Shown one piece after another: positions 13,371 to 26,894 of a stretch of 64,000 nt of DNA. The stretch covers positions 62,255,554 through 62,319,553 of the forward strand of contig NC_068993.1 of assembly GCF_001194135.2 (NCBI RefSeq), written 5' to 3'. The position numbers and the translations under genes were made by a program. Each line of letters starts with the position of its first letter. The stretch's first letter is position 1. The stretch comes from Octopus bimaculoides (taxonomy: Eukaryota). The notes below the pieces were generated by a model. That model saw only the letters and a list, made by a program, of their open reading frames with translations. It was not told the origin of the DNA and did no database searches.

Positions 13371-14914
13371 ATGTATGTATGTATGTATGTATATGTATGT
13401 TCCAAGACTTGGGCCATAATTTTGCATGTAGTTTGATGAAATTTTGAGTCGGTGTAAGGAATACATCACAAGGCATATGACTTCACTAATAATTTCAGAA
13501 AATGAAATTTATGAAGAATGTCGACTTTAGAAAGAAATTGTTTCTGTCACGAGGAAAGGAAAATAGGGAGACGTGTTGCAGGTTTTGAATAATAATATTT
13601 TATACCATCCACTGCCAATATCTCTATGAGAATATGTATATAGAAATAGGAAATTGGTTCTGTAATGACAAATATATATTTTCGATAAACGAAAATTGAT
13701 TTTACAAATTAAAAATCTAAATTGCTGAAAGCCCAAGTATATGTTATTTAAACGTAATAGATGGCAGGATAACAAAATGTTCGTTTTTACGAATATGTTC
13801 AATTAATTTTATTCCATTTCTGCCTCTATGTCACTCATATGTACAATATCCTTTCATTGAATATGTGTATGTATAGATATATATGGCTGATTTAATAGCG
13901 AAGAAAAACAATTACAACCAAACATATTCTATATTGGTATTCATTCCATTGCGAATTTGGGGTTTCGTTTGTTGCTAGGTTGAACGCAAAGTAGGCGGCG
14001 GATTACGTTAATTTTCAGGCATGCTTCTTTATGTTTGAGCTATGTGCGACCTGAGCATGTCAAAAACTATCAAATAAGTAAGTAAATTTACAACCTATTT
14101 ACCGACAGTCAAATGTGTGTATACACAAGGAAATATATGGACAGATTTGTGCAATAAGTACACAACTGTAACTTATCATTTATTTATTAAAGATTTTTAA
14201 AGGCTTTTCAGATTATCGTACTCAAAACTTAGGAAATTGTGATTGGGTTTAGGTTTGTCCTTTTCAATTAAGGTTTAGCCGTTTAGAGAAGGGATTTGAA
14301 AAAAGAATTATCAATTATCTTGTGGATTCTTTTTGGAACAACGAGCTTAAATTTGTTTGTTGCCACTTCAACATAGCTGTTCCAGAACGACGTTTCTACT
14401 CTTTTTTTTAACCTCAGGAGAACACCTTCTCCAGCTGGTTAACGACATAACCTGTGTTCAATATACTTTGATCAGGGAAGCGAATGCCTACCATCTAGAG
14501 AGTTGACATATAGAGATCGTATAGAAGTCTTAAATTTATAAAAGGTAAAATGGAAGAAATGAAAAATAAATACGGAGGAATTCATTGCAAAATTTTGCTA
14601 ATATATATTATCAATTTACAAATCGAAATCTCATTTGGGGCTACTTTGTAACACGATCTGCTATATTCTGAAACTTTTGTGACTCTTTTTATGCAAATGT
14701 TCAGTTATCCGTGCAGCAGTTAGAAAATTTCGTGAGTTGTCCGCAAAATAGTCATGTCTGTGTTACCGCTTCGTGTTTTCTACGTTATGCATGCGAAGTA
14801 TAATGAATTCTTGAGATTGTATTTGTTTTACTTACTAATAAACCCAGGTAAGGCAGGTTACTGGGTAACTGCAGCTTCAATGCACACATATATACTAGTA
14901 TTTGCATGTGTATG

Positions 14915-14948
<34 letters not shown>

Positions 14949-15064
14949 TGTATATANNNNNNNNNNNNNNNNNNNNNNNNNNNNNNNNNNNNNNNNNNNN
15001 NNNNNNNNNTATACACACATATACATACATATATACATACTTATACTTACATGAGTAATATATA

Positions 15065-15097
<33 letters not shown>

Positions 15098-17337
15098 CTG
15101 TATGTGTGTGTGCACGTATGCATGTTTATATAACTTGGTATTAATGTGTGAATAAGCGCGCTATGCTGCCAATTATTCAGAGCCCTGTACGCCTCAGTAC
15201 ACACCTATGCTGATATACACCTAATTCTATGACGTAGATGCACAAGCCAGAAATTGTAACATCTATTGAGCATATATAATGAATGGTGGGTTTATTCTAG
15301 GAACATCTGTAGCGAACCAGTTTTTTTGTTTTTCGTGTTGTTTTCTCTGATGATGTTGTTCACAACAAAACAAGTGGAGGAAGATGTTTTTTAGTACAGA
15401 CCTGACTTGACACGCACACACACACCCGCACACACACACTCACACCCGCACACACACACACACACACCCGCACACACACACACATCTTGTTGACGTCATA
15501 AGAATTTTGGCACTTCGAAAACGTGAAATAATTCTTTTTATAAACGGTGAATCTCGAAGCAAAATCTTGCCGAACGACCTCTCTCTTATTTAAACGTCTC
15601 GAACATAGCCAAAAGTTTTCTTTTCCTACTGAGATCCAGCTAAAATACGAACTCTTTAATGCGTACAATATTAAAGTGAGCTACATTTGTCAAGACACCA
15701 TCTCTTCTATCATCCAAAATCCACAAATAAAAGCATATCAGTATAACCTTCTTGTAATTGTTAAAATCGATCTACTTATCCGTACGAGAGATCTTGTCAC
15801 TCCTCAAAACTCATCACTGACGAATTTAATGAGCGTTACAAACAAAATGCTTATCCATTTAGCTTTATGGCAAGTGAAAGCGCCACTTAGCTCTCCCGAT
15901 ATATTTAGAAACTAATAGATCAAGGACATAACTGCTCTATCATAAATTAGAATGGTGTTGCCAGAGACAGTTTATATGACTACGGATTATGTAACTGTAT
16001 TATTTACGTGACTGAAAAGTTCGAGATACTGAAATATCCCATGGTATGCCGCACGAAAATGCAGAGTTACTCTCTAGCTATCGCCACAAGTAGAAGTTTC
16101 ATCTGAAGAGTATTCAGCAGGCTGGAAATCTTGAGCAAACGATGCAAATTCAGAAACTTCTAGAAATTATTGATTACGCTCAACGTTACGTTATCTTACG
16201 TATCGATGCCTGTGCTCTTTGTAAGCTAGCCTCCATTACAAATTTGTAGCCTGTCGAGAGTCTGCCTGCAAATGCTTTTACTCCATGATCTGCTTTGCAA
16301 TAAGAACCGATCTTACTAATGACCAATAAGAAGCAGCCTCACCAGTCATATGCAGCTACATCTCCGTTTGTGAATGTTATTCAAATGTTGTTCTCGCTTT
16401 ACGTGTGGTTGAAAATTGAAATAGAGGAACATGAACTTCTTACTTACTTATAACTATACTCCAGACAATGTATTGAGTGAAATTTTTTCATCTGTTCACA
16501 CGTCCTTATTATAACATATGTGAATGAATATATGTAAATATATATATATATATATANNNNNNNNNNNNNNNNNNNNNNNNNNNNNNNNNNNNNNNNNNNN
16601 NNNNNNNNNNNNNNNNNNNNNNNNNNNNNNNNNNNNNNNNNNNNNNNNNNNNNNNNNNNNNNNNNNNNNNNNNNNNNNNNNNNNNNNNNNNNNNNNNNNN
16701 NNNNNNNNNNNNNNNNNNNNNNNNNNNNNNNNNNNNNNNNNNNNNNNNNNNNNNNNNNNNNNNNNNNNNNNNNNNNNNNNNNNNNNNNNNNNNNNNNNNN
16801 NNNNNNNNNNNNNNNNNNNNNNNNNNNNNNNATATATACACATATGTATATGAGATTGCACAGATAAATACTTAAAGAGAGAGAGAAATAGAGAAAGGGA
16901 GAGTTGAACAGAAACATAAATCAATCGATGGCAAGACAGAGAAGGAAAGGGATGGAAAGAGATTGATATCAATAATATCAAAGAAAAACTGTAATTCTTT
17001 TCTGCGACGGTTTAATCGAAATTTATTCAGTTGGATCTAACCTCACAGCGAAAGACTCTGTGTGACTTAGAACTTCAGGCGACGACAGGATACGACTCAG
17101 TTGAATAGAAGGTCATCACCATCACGTACATACGTCAATATACTCATATGCTTTCATCTTGTGATCTCTCACAAACTCTGCAACCGAGTAAATATGTAGT
17201 GTGAGCATTGTAATCTGCTAAATGTAGGCGACGAATTAAAGCCGAGACTTACTGTAGACTGGTGTTAATGGTACAGTGCAAGGGAAAGAACTTGAAGCAT
17301 ATGTGATATGTATTTATTCTATTCATGCATTTATACA

Positions 17338-17432
17338 TATGTGGTAAGAAACTTGCTTCCCAAGCACATAGTTCTGGGTTCAGGCCCGCTGCGTGGTACT
17401 TTAGGCAAGTGTCTTCTACTATAGCCTCGTGT
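17338..17432 (+). mobile_element. SINE family B, tRNA-like head only
   Basis: tgtggtaagaaacttgcttcccaagcacatagttctgggttcagg...ggcaagtgtcttctactatagcctcg. Confidence 0.75.
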
Positions 17433-17507
17433 ATAGCCTACAATAGCCTCGCGCGCGCGCGCGTGTTCGTGTGTGTTTGTGTATTTATCTGTTCCTTAAT
17501 ATTTGTT

Positions 17508-18272
17508 TTGCTCGTTTCACTGATAGGACTGCGGCCATGTTGGGGCACCACTTTGAAATGTTTAACCGAATAAGATTGTGCTCAGTACTTATCTTTATAT
17601 CTGGTAGTCATTCTATCGTTTTCTTGTACTGAACCATTATTTTAAGGGGATGTAAACAAACCAACACTAGTTGTCAAGTAATGGTGGAGGGCAAACGCAA
17701 ATACGAAGACCTACGGACATACATACATAAATACATACATACATACATATAGTTTATAGATGAGAGACAGATATTCTGCGTATAGAATACACTTCGTAGG
17801 GCTCAAGAGAGGTGTAAATGTAAGGAGAAGCAAGCTGCTTGTCCTTACATTTACAAAAAAGTATTAAATACATTTAATACAAAAAATGCGTACATAGGTT
17901 TACATATAAGAAGGTCCGACTTACAGAGAAAAGAAATGATATCAGGAATTAAAAGGGTTGAATAATAGTTTTAGAAGTTCAAAAGCTGCTTTAAATGTAT
18001 CTAGTATGTTTTGTATATCGACTGGCCTAACTAGCTTATCCTTAAATTTACTTCTATATGCATACATATACATACGACACACAGAAACACACACAAATAC
18101 ACATACATGCACGACGGACTTCCATACAGTTTCTGTCTACTAACTTCAACCGCAAGGTATTCGTCGGCCGGGGGCCGATAGTAGAAGACACCAGCCCAAA
18201 ATACTACGCAGTACGACTGAACCTGAAATCATGCGGCTACAGAGCAGGCTTCTTACCCACACGGCCATGCTC
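17508..18272 (-). mobile_element. SINE family B, diverged, tail (17508-17710) and head (18105-18272) separated by extra sequence
   Basis: Both segments match the reverse complement of the family B copy at 49281. Confidence 0.6.
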
Positions 18273-18879
18273 CTGTATTTGTTATGTAGATTTACGTTCT
18301 GTCCTGGCTACAACTTTCAACAGTATCCCTTGAATATGGTTCAACGGAGAGGAAAGCAGCTGCAGTAATGCACTGTGAAGAGCAGTGAGCAAGATGAAGC
18401 AAGACATCTTGGTCATCCACTGCATCTGTCCCCGTCCCAGGTTGTCTTAACCTAGTCTTGTCACTGGATTGAAGATGGTGACGGACGAGAGAGTGAGGCT
18501 GACGATGTGCAAGTCATCAGTCATCGTTAGGGATCACATGAATGGTCGCCGTCGCTCCGATGGACGAATACGTCGATTGACGTCACTACTTCCAATAGAC
18601 TCACTTTGTCGTTATTTATTCCCTGAGGTCATTCATTTGTGATAAATACTACTTCAGTTACACATAGATGGAAATGTGCTGTAGTCCACTCGTATATGGA
18701 GTGAGCGTGTAACACGTTTAGGCTGCATGTGACCTATCTGCTACAGGAATACTCCCGCGTCTCAGAATATATAACGCCTCAAAGCGATTCTTTAGTGAAC
18801 TCGCTGAGGTAATATTTTTCTGAAAACTTGAGTACAGGATACACGTTCACGGACGGGGTAACAACAACAACAACAACAA

Positions 18880-19032
18880 CGTGTGTTTACGTCCCCGTAG
18901 CTTAGCGGTTCGGCAAGAGAGGCCGATAGAATAAGTACTAGGCTTACAAAGAATAAGTCCTGGGGTCGATTTGCTCAACTAAAGGCGGCGCTCCAGCATG
19001 GCCACAGTCAAATGACTGAAACAAGTAAAAGA
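18880..19032 (+). mobile_element. SINE family B, 3' tail, young
   Basis: gtgtttacgtccccgtagcttagcggttcggc...gactgaaacaagtaaaagag is nearly identical to the 3' part (about 49490-49640) of the 49281 copy. Confidence 0.9.
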
Positions 19033-19124
19033 GTATATATATATGTATATATATNNNNNNNNNNNNNNNNNNNNNNNNNNNNNNNNNNNNNNNNNNNNNN
19101 NNNNNNNNNNNNNNNNNNNNNNNN

Positions 19125-19157
<33 letters not shown>

Positions 19158-19810
19158 AGCATATATACACAGACGCACACACACTCATGTATGCAAGCCG
19201 ATTTGTTTTCGAAGGACATTTTGCCAATAAAAAAAACACCCACGTGTATTACATTGATTGATTTGTGAAAGAGTTTCGTTACACGTCTGTAGTCTTTTCA
19301 AAGACTCTTTTGTGAATGCTACGTTCTCTTGAAGATTGATGTGTGTGTGTGTGTAGGTGAAGTGGATGTTGATAGTAACGGCCGTGATGGTGAGCATGGC
19401 TGTTATAATTTTGAGCCTATGTTTCTATGTGGATATATATGTAATTATATTTATATCTATGGTTTCGCTGTGTGTATGCGTGTATACGTCTTTGTGTTGC
19501 GTGTGTGTATGCGTCTGAACTTTGCCTTCGTTTTATGATATTTTTATTTGATTTTAATTTTCTTTTTAGTTTCAATGTTATTGTCGCTGTCTGTAAGTCT
19601 GTTACATACATTAGAGGTTTAATTCAGCTTCTAGTAGCACCGGAAACAAATAAATGGCCGTGTGTGTGTGTGGATACCATCTTCATTGAAAGAATAAAGC
19701 TATAAAAAAGCAAAAGAGGTGTTGAAACAAGTAGATTAAGACATACCATCTCCGCCCCACCCTCACCACTACCTACAAAATGACACCTACCGGGCACTGT
19801 CAGCCATTAC

Positions 19811-19893
19811 CTACTTCCGACGCCTCTGTAAACTGAATTAACCCCAATACAGTTGACAGAAAGATAAATAACAACAATGAAAGCTCTATTGAA
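19811..19893 (-). CDS. Candidate coding exon (83 nt) encoding a signal-peptide-like hydrophobic segment SIELSLLLFIFLSTVLGLIQFTEASEV
   Basis: Acceptor ttttcttatacttcag, donor G|gtaatg (alternative A|gtaggt 4 nt earlier). Its phase-2 entry matches the exit phase of the 21015-21278 exon. Confidence 0.4.
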
Positions 19894-21014
19894 CTGAAGT
19901 ATAAGAAAATAAATATATCGATAAAAGCACACCTACATACGCATATAGGCGCATATATATATATATATTTATATATACTGGCGTCCATCACATACATACG
20001 CAGCTTCACCACAATTAAGCACACACACACTTACACGCATGCACACACCTTTATCACACGCACCTCACACACGAACTTGACAACAGACCCATTCATAAAT
20101 ACTGATGCATACATACATATATCTACACGAACAGACTCACCACCAGAAGTACATAATGACCAGGCCAAACGAATGGTCTCATGGAAACAAGTTAAGATTT
20201 TAGGAAATCAATAAAAAACAAAAAACGGATAAGAGAGCTACCGAGGTCTTTATTTTTCATTTAGTTAAGAAAAATAAAACCCTCACAAAATATAACAATA
20301 TTCTGTCTCATCACACGGTTTCTCTTCAAGAGTTTTTGTAAAGAATAAAATCTCTCTGTCTATTCCCCCTTATATACATTAAAGTCAGTTTGAATCTTGC
20401 TTATTTGCAATGTTATCCATCCAAACAGAAGCATAATGAGGAAATACTATGAATTAACTTTACCCTGAAATGTTAATATGAACGGAATGAAACAAGTTTC
20501 ACGTAAATAGAAAGAGTAGTTATTGAGATATTCGGGGTTTTGGGGTATAAATACCCAAAACGGTGCATAATGGGAAAATGTTCCGAATTTAGCTTCATCC
20601 TGAAACGGGAGAAACACTAAACTTTCGATGTCACATTCGTTGAAATAACCTGGAAAAGAAAAAAACCTACCAAACAAAACTCCGTTGTTGAGAAACTCAG
20701 TATTTATGTATGTATGTATGTATTTATGCATGCTGTTTGTCACATCGTCAAGCTGTTGCTAGCTAAATTGGCAACCAACCCAAGCCTGTTTGGTAAGGAA
20801 CCTGGCTTGAGTTTGTGTGTTTTTGTATACGCTAAGAATAGAATCCACTTGTATTATGATCATTCGTTGAATTATCTGCTCATTGATTAATTTTTCCCTT
20901 TAAAGAATTTCCTAAGGTATTGTCCGACTCTTCACGCGATATTGAAATGGAGACATCTCTACATCTCACACATAAATACACTATTGAGAAATATTGAGAC
21001 AGACTTCTACTTAC

Positions 21015-21278
21015 CGGAATATCGATATGACACCTCTAAATGTATACTCCTCTCTCCGCTTGCGCTTTGCGTGATAGCATTTTTTCATTTAATCCCCGCG
21101 TTAATGACTGGGTGCTTTAGTCCTTCAATGATATCCGATTTTGGGAGGTTTCTTTGCGGGTTGGCGAGCTTCTTGGGGAGTTTTTCTTTTCGAAATTTGA
21201 ATTTTCGCTTATTTCGAGTTTTTTTTTCACTTTTTGATGTGTTTTGCTGTACTTAGTTTTGACTCTTTTGGGTGTTAA
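21015..21278 (-). CDS. Candidate exon, 5'UTR plus start codon (ATG at 21088: MKKCYHAKRKRREEYTFRGVISIF)
   Basis: Strong acceptor tgttttctctttatttttcag and consensus donor CCG|gtaagt. The frame is open from ATG 21088 to the donor, with an in-frame TAA just upstream of the ATG. Confidence 0.45.
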
Positions 21279-22329
21279 CTGAAAAATAAAGAGAAAACAT
21301 TTAAAGTTGATACGCGTTAGTACATGCGAATACATATGCACGCACGCACGCACGCACGCACACACAGAGGAAAAGACAACGCTTATGAATACATTCCGTT
21401 TTAAATATTAGTTTGCTTTGGTTGGGATTTAAACACAGAGTTACAAACGCTCACAGACACATACATCCCGCAGCCACTTGGCTGAAACACATAAATAAAT
21501 AAATAATTAAATAAATANNNNNNNNNNTATCTGAGGATGTGTATGTATTCGTGTGTCTTAATAGATAGAAATATATTTGAAGGAGGCGTCACTAGTTTTT
21601 CAATGATGTTATCGTATCATCTACCCTCAGCAGTTAATTTTTTTAAAGCATCTAATTATTCATGGCTTTAAATTATCATGACCGAAATAATATCGAAAAA
21701 CGGAAAAGTTAGGTTGAAATAATAATGGCAAAACAACCACAGCAACAACAACAACAACAACAACAACAACTAAAGCATCTCCCGGTCAGTGTATTGATTG
21801 GAAGATTGTCAGGGAGAATGGAACGTCTGCGCCATTGATTTATTCCATACTGATTTGTTAGCAGTTGGATAGTTTTCTGATAATATTAAATATACATGAT
21901 GAAAATTTGCTGATAACTTATCGGCCAGAACTCATTAATCTTGATAAATACGACAGATAAAACGTCCACGCATGCGCGCACTGATACATGCATATACATT
22001 TAATGCAGCAGATACACTGTACACACAAACACACGCGCGCACACACAGACAGACAGGGGCGCGCTTACTGACACAACATTCAGAAAATAATCAGACCAAA
22101 CATTGCAGCAGACACAACGCAGAATATTTTCAAACCAGAACAAAGGGAAACATGAAAACAAAGCAAAACTCTGTATGGACACAAAGAATTGTACTCGGTT
22201 GTGCTGCAAATGTTCGGGACGTAGAAAGAATATGTTTATACTACTGGAATTCTTTCTACTCTAGCTACAAGACCAGCAATTTTCGAAGAAGATGCGGTGT
22301 GGCGGGGTAGCTTGTAAATTACACCTACC

Positions 22330-22740
22330 CCAGGGCTCGACTGGTGATAAGTTTATCGGCCCCGAAAGGATGACAGGCAAAGACGACCTCGTTGGAATTT
22401 GAATTCAGAACGTTGAGCTGGAAGGATGAAAAGCAAAGTTGATCTCTGTAAGATTTGAGCTTAGCTCGTTAAGAGCTGGACGAAGTGTCACTAAGCATCT
22501 TATCCGACGCACCTGTTCGCCCCCTTCATTGCCATTAATAATGGTTTATAATTTAGATATAGCCTTTGACGGCGGCGAACAGTTAATTGAATCGATCTAG
22601 TACTTAACTGGTAATTTATTTTATCTACTCTAAAGCGATGAAAGGCAAATTTAACTTCAGTGGGGCCTGAACACAGAACATAAAGGACCGAAACGAATTA
22701 TCTCGAGATATTTCGCTCAAAGTTGTAACGTGCCTACCAA
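22330..22740 (-). mobile_element. Cluster of diverged family A SINE fragments
   Basis: Repeated gaaaggatga..ggcaaag...ggaatttgaa(c/t)tcagaac motifs at about 22365, 22425 and 22640. Confidence 0.6.
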
Positions 22741-23141
22741 TACGTCACCTTTCTTTCTTTAATAACCTTAAAGCCTACAATATAATACAAAACGTAACGG
22801 TTAAATAGGAATGTTACGATCAATGGGTTGACAGAAACAATTGAACAGTCAACGTGATATATTAAATACAAGTCCCTTTATGCACTGAGTTCAAATATTG
22901 ATAGGTCCCGAATACTGTCTTTATTTTTTCTTCGGTGTCGATAAAATAAGCACTTGTTAGTATGGAGTTGATACAAACGATAGTTTTGTCCTTTTGCCAA
23001 AGTTAAAAATCTTGTTTATTATAAACAACTATAAGCATTGTTATGTAGATCAATATTGGGTGTTTTGATTTGTTTCTGACATTGCAAAGAAGAAAATTTG
23101 TTCATCCTTTCGATGATTTTCGAAAACTTATGTTAGAAATC

Positions 23142-23408
23142 GTAGAATAAAATCGCATAGATTACGTTCTATCAATTTATAAAAACTTTATTTCATTCTG
23201 CTGCACGGGCTCAGGGCTCACTGTTGTATACGTAGAGAGAGAGGTTCAAGTGCATACCGTGACGCATTGCTGCCGATCTTACAATGCGTTACGGTATGCA
23301 CTTGAACCTCTCTGTCTACGTATACAACACTGATCCCCGAGCCCGTGCAGCAGAATGAAATAAAGTTTTTTAAATTGATAGAATGTAAACTATGCGATTT
23401 TATTCTAC
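23142..23408. repeat. Long imperfect inverted repeat (128/127-bp arms, 12-nt loop), foldback or MITE-like
   Basis: Manual alignment gives 7 substitutions and 1 indel between the arms; loop ctgccgatctta at 23270-23281. Confidence 0.95.
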
Positions 23409-23688
23409 TTTGGATTCAGCTCAAATCGTTTGAATCCAGGTCTTTTAAAGTTATGCTACCTTATTCAGATCTACAAACTTCGTTTACAGACCCTTTATAG
23501 CGTTCTCTATAAGAGTGATTATACATCGTATTCACGACAGAAAAAATTGGGCGGATAAAAAGGCTAACTCCCGTGTTGCTCAGAGGAGAATTCTTCATTA
23601 ATCATGGGAAAAAAATATTCTAAAGAGATTAATGGTACAATAGATAAATAAATGTATATGTAGGTAAACAAATCTATCTATCTATCTT

Positions 23689-23720
<32 letters not shown>

Positions 23721-23820
23721 ACTAACTAACTAAGCATAAACATNNNNNNNNNNNNNNNNNNNNNNNNNNNNNNNNNNNNNNNNNNNNNNNNNNNNNNNNN
23801 NNNNNNNNNNNNNNNNNNNN

Positions 23821-23860
<40 letters not shown>

Positions 23861-24348
23861 CTATATGTATGTATATATGTCTACATGCGTATATATGTGT
23901 CAGCAAAATTCTTTCGCTGAAAGGAATGGCTTTCTATTTTTTAAAAAATAAACGTAATTTAGTTGACCCTGTTTTCAAATATGTTTTTATTTAAAACTAA
24001 GTGAAATTTTCAAAAAAACAAAAGAATGAAAATTTGCCATTAAAATTTAGTTTAAACAATTGAAAAATTGAACTTGCTAAATAGTTTATTTAATAACAAG
24101 CAGTAATTACAGAGCATATATGCACTGTGTTTTACATAGAGTGGAACCATGTAAAATATATCGATACACATATTGGTGTACATGCAGATATATATTTGCA
24201 TATAAAATTATGTATGTAATGTATAAGGAGAGAGAGGGAGAGGAAAAGACAAATGGCGAGATAAAGGTATATGCATATGTACATTATATATGTATGTGTA
24301 CACGTGAATATGTCTGTGAACATCCAACCAACCATCCATCCATCCATC

Positions 24349-24388
<40 letters not shown>

Positions 24389-25329
24389 TATACATATATA
24401 TTCATATATATATATGCATACACATATACATACATACACACCCATACACACACATACACACGCACACACATATATACATGAGTATATGCTTGTATCAGCG
24501 TTTGTTTGTGTGTATGCTTCTGCGTACATACAACAGTACACACTCATATATATANNNNNNNNNNNNNNNNNNNNNNNNNNNNNNNNNNNNNNNNNNNNNN
24601 NNNNNNNNNNNNNNNNNNNNNNNNNNNNNNNNNNNNNNNNNNNNNNNNNNNNNNNNNNNNNNNNNNNNNNNNNNNNNNNNNNNNNNNNNNNNNNNNNNNN
24701 NNNNNNNNNNNNNNNNNNNNNNNNNNNNNNNNNNNNNNNNNNNNNNNNNNNNNNNNNNNNNNNNNNNNNNNNNNNNNNNNNNNNNNNNNNNNNNNNNNNN
24801 NNNNNNNNNNNNNNNNNNNNNNNNNNNNNNNNNNNNNNNNNNNNNNNNNNNNNNNNNNNNNNNNNNNNNNNNNNNNNNNNNNNNNNNNNNNNNNNNNNNN
24901 NNNNNNNNNNNNNNNNNNNNNNNNNNNNNNNNNNNNNNNNNNNNNNNNNNNNNNNNNNNNNNNNNNNNNNNNNNNNNNNNNNNNNNNNNNNNNNNNNNNN
25001 NNNNNNNNNNNNNNNNNNNNNNNNNNNNNNNNNNNNNNNNNNNNNNNNNNNNNNNNNNNNNNNNNNNNNNNNNNNNNNNNNNNNNNNNNNNNNNNNNNNN
25101 NNNNNNNNNNNNNNNNNNNNNNNNNNNNNNNNNNNNNNNNNNNNNNNNNNNNNNNNNNNNNNNNNNNNNNNNNNNNNNNNNNNNNNNNNNNNNNNNNNNN
25201 NNNNNNNNNNNNNNNNNNNNNNNNNNNNNNNNNNNNNNNNNNNNNNNNNNNNNNNNNNNNNNNNNNNNNNNNNNNNNNNNNNNNNNNNNNNNNNNNNNNN
25301 NNNNNNNNNNNNNNNNNNNNNNNNNNNNN

Positions 25330-25371
<42 letters not shown>

Positions 25372-26020
25372 TATACACATACATACATACATATATTCAT
25401 ATGCATACCGGGAAAAATAGCTGATTACATACACTTAGTTTAGACAGTAAATAACTGTATTTTTCAGGAATTGCCTAAAAGAAAAACAATGATTATTAAT
25501 ATGGAGCATATCTTTACAACTCTCTGTGTAATTTGAGAAGAAAATACATAACTAGAAAAAAAAAATCTTTCCGCACCAAGAAACACTCCACCGTATCATC
25601 CTCAAACAAGATAATTAAACACATCTCGGTGATGGTAGGGTCTCTTATCCAATATGCCAACGAGTGAGTGTATGCGTAGTTGCCCAACTTGCTACTAATA
25701 GCAATTACACCTCCGTAAAATCATATACTACTGTCTGAAAGATGGAAGGATGTGTTGATTAAGTTTTGTTCTATATCCAAAAACTTCGGTGATTCGCAAT
25801 TGGAACGTATGCCAACATTGGTTTGGAGGATTAGATCTGACTTAGAGCTAAACAAGGACAATATACAGCAGCAACGACAATGATCCTCAAAATATAATCT
25901 CGCTTGTATTGGTACCATTTTTTGCATTATTCTCTCTTTTTCCTCTTGCTATATACATACATACATACATACATACATACATACAAACATACGTATATAT
26001 GTATATATATATATATATTT

Positions 26021-26239
26021 TTTCTTTATTGCCCATATGGGGGTAAACACAGAGAGGACAAACAAAGGGATTCAGTCGATTACATCGATCCCAGTGCGTA
26101 ACTGGTAGTTATTAAATCGACCCCGAAAGAATGAAAGGCAAAGTCGACCTCGGCGGAATTTGAACTCAGAACGTAACGGCAGACGAAATACCGGTGAGCA
26201 TTTCACCCGGCGCGCTAACGATTCTGCCAGCCCGCCGCC
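26021..26239 (-). mobile_element. SINE family A, full length, young
   Basis: Complete reverse-complement head-to-tail copy with A-box-like TGGCAGAATCGTTAGC and B-box-like GAGTTCAAATTCC. Confidence 0.9.
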
Positions 26240-26894
26240 TTCTACATCTAAATGGCTGGTAAGGAACAGCGGAGAGATTACATCTTTAAGATCTGCTCCA
26301 GTACTTGATAGGTGCTTATTTCACTGTCAGCTGAAGGGTGACAGGCAAAGCCAAGCTGTGCATAGAGTCTTGTGTAGATAGCATCTGTGAATGGTTAAAA
26401 TGATGTTTAGATTAAATGGTAAAAATTAACATTCTGAGCTTGCTTGCATTAAATAATAATATATTCTCTTTATAACGGCAAACTAATTGTCAAATGTCTG
26501 CATAAAAGGGGAGTCCTTTTATTTTCCTCAAGCTATCCGTCACAGTTGTTTTAGGCTAAAGTTAAAAAGTGTTTTCTAGTAGTGTTCCAGTCAATCTCTT
26601 ATATTCCACTTTATACGCTGTTCTTGTAAATTATTTAGCACTCATATAAAATATGCATGAAATCTTTCAGATGCTCTTAGAAATAGCGCTGTAAGTGAAT
26701 GCGGTTGTACTGTATCAGTCGAAAATATTGCAAGTATATTTATTGTCAGACTATTAAGTTGTAAGGGAGACAACCTGTCCGAGTTGCATCATTACATACC
26801 CACAACATTTACAAACTGAGACACTGCAACACTCACAAGACTCTTTGCAAATAAGATTACCAAAGTATACAAAACGTCTTTCTCTGCAACAGTT

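Noticed and set aside
15347-15380. CTGATGA followed by a gttg-ttca-caac hairpin (hammerhead-like)
   Set aside because: GAAA is replaced by AAAA and there is no valid NUH site; at best a dead relic.
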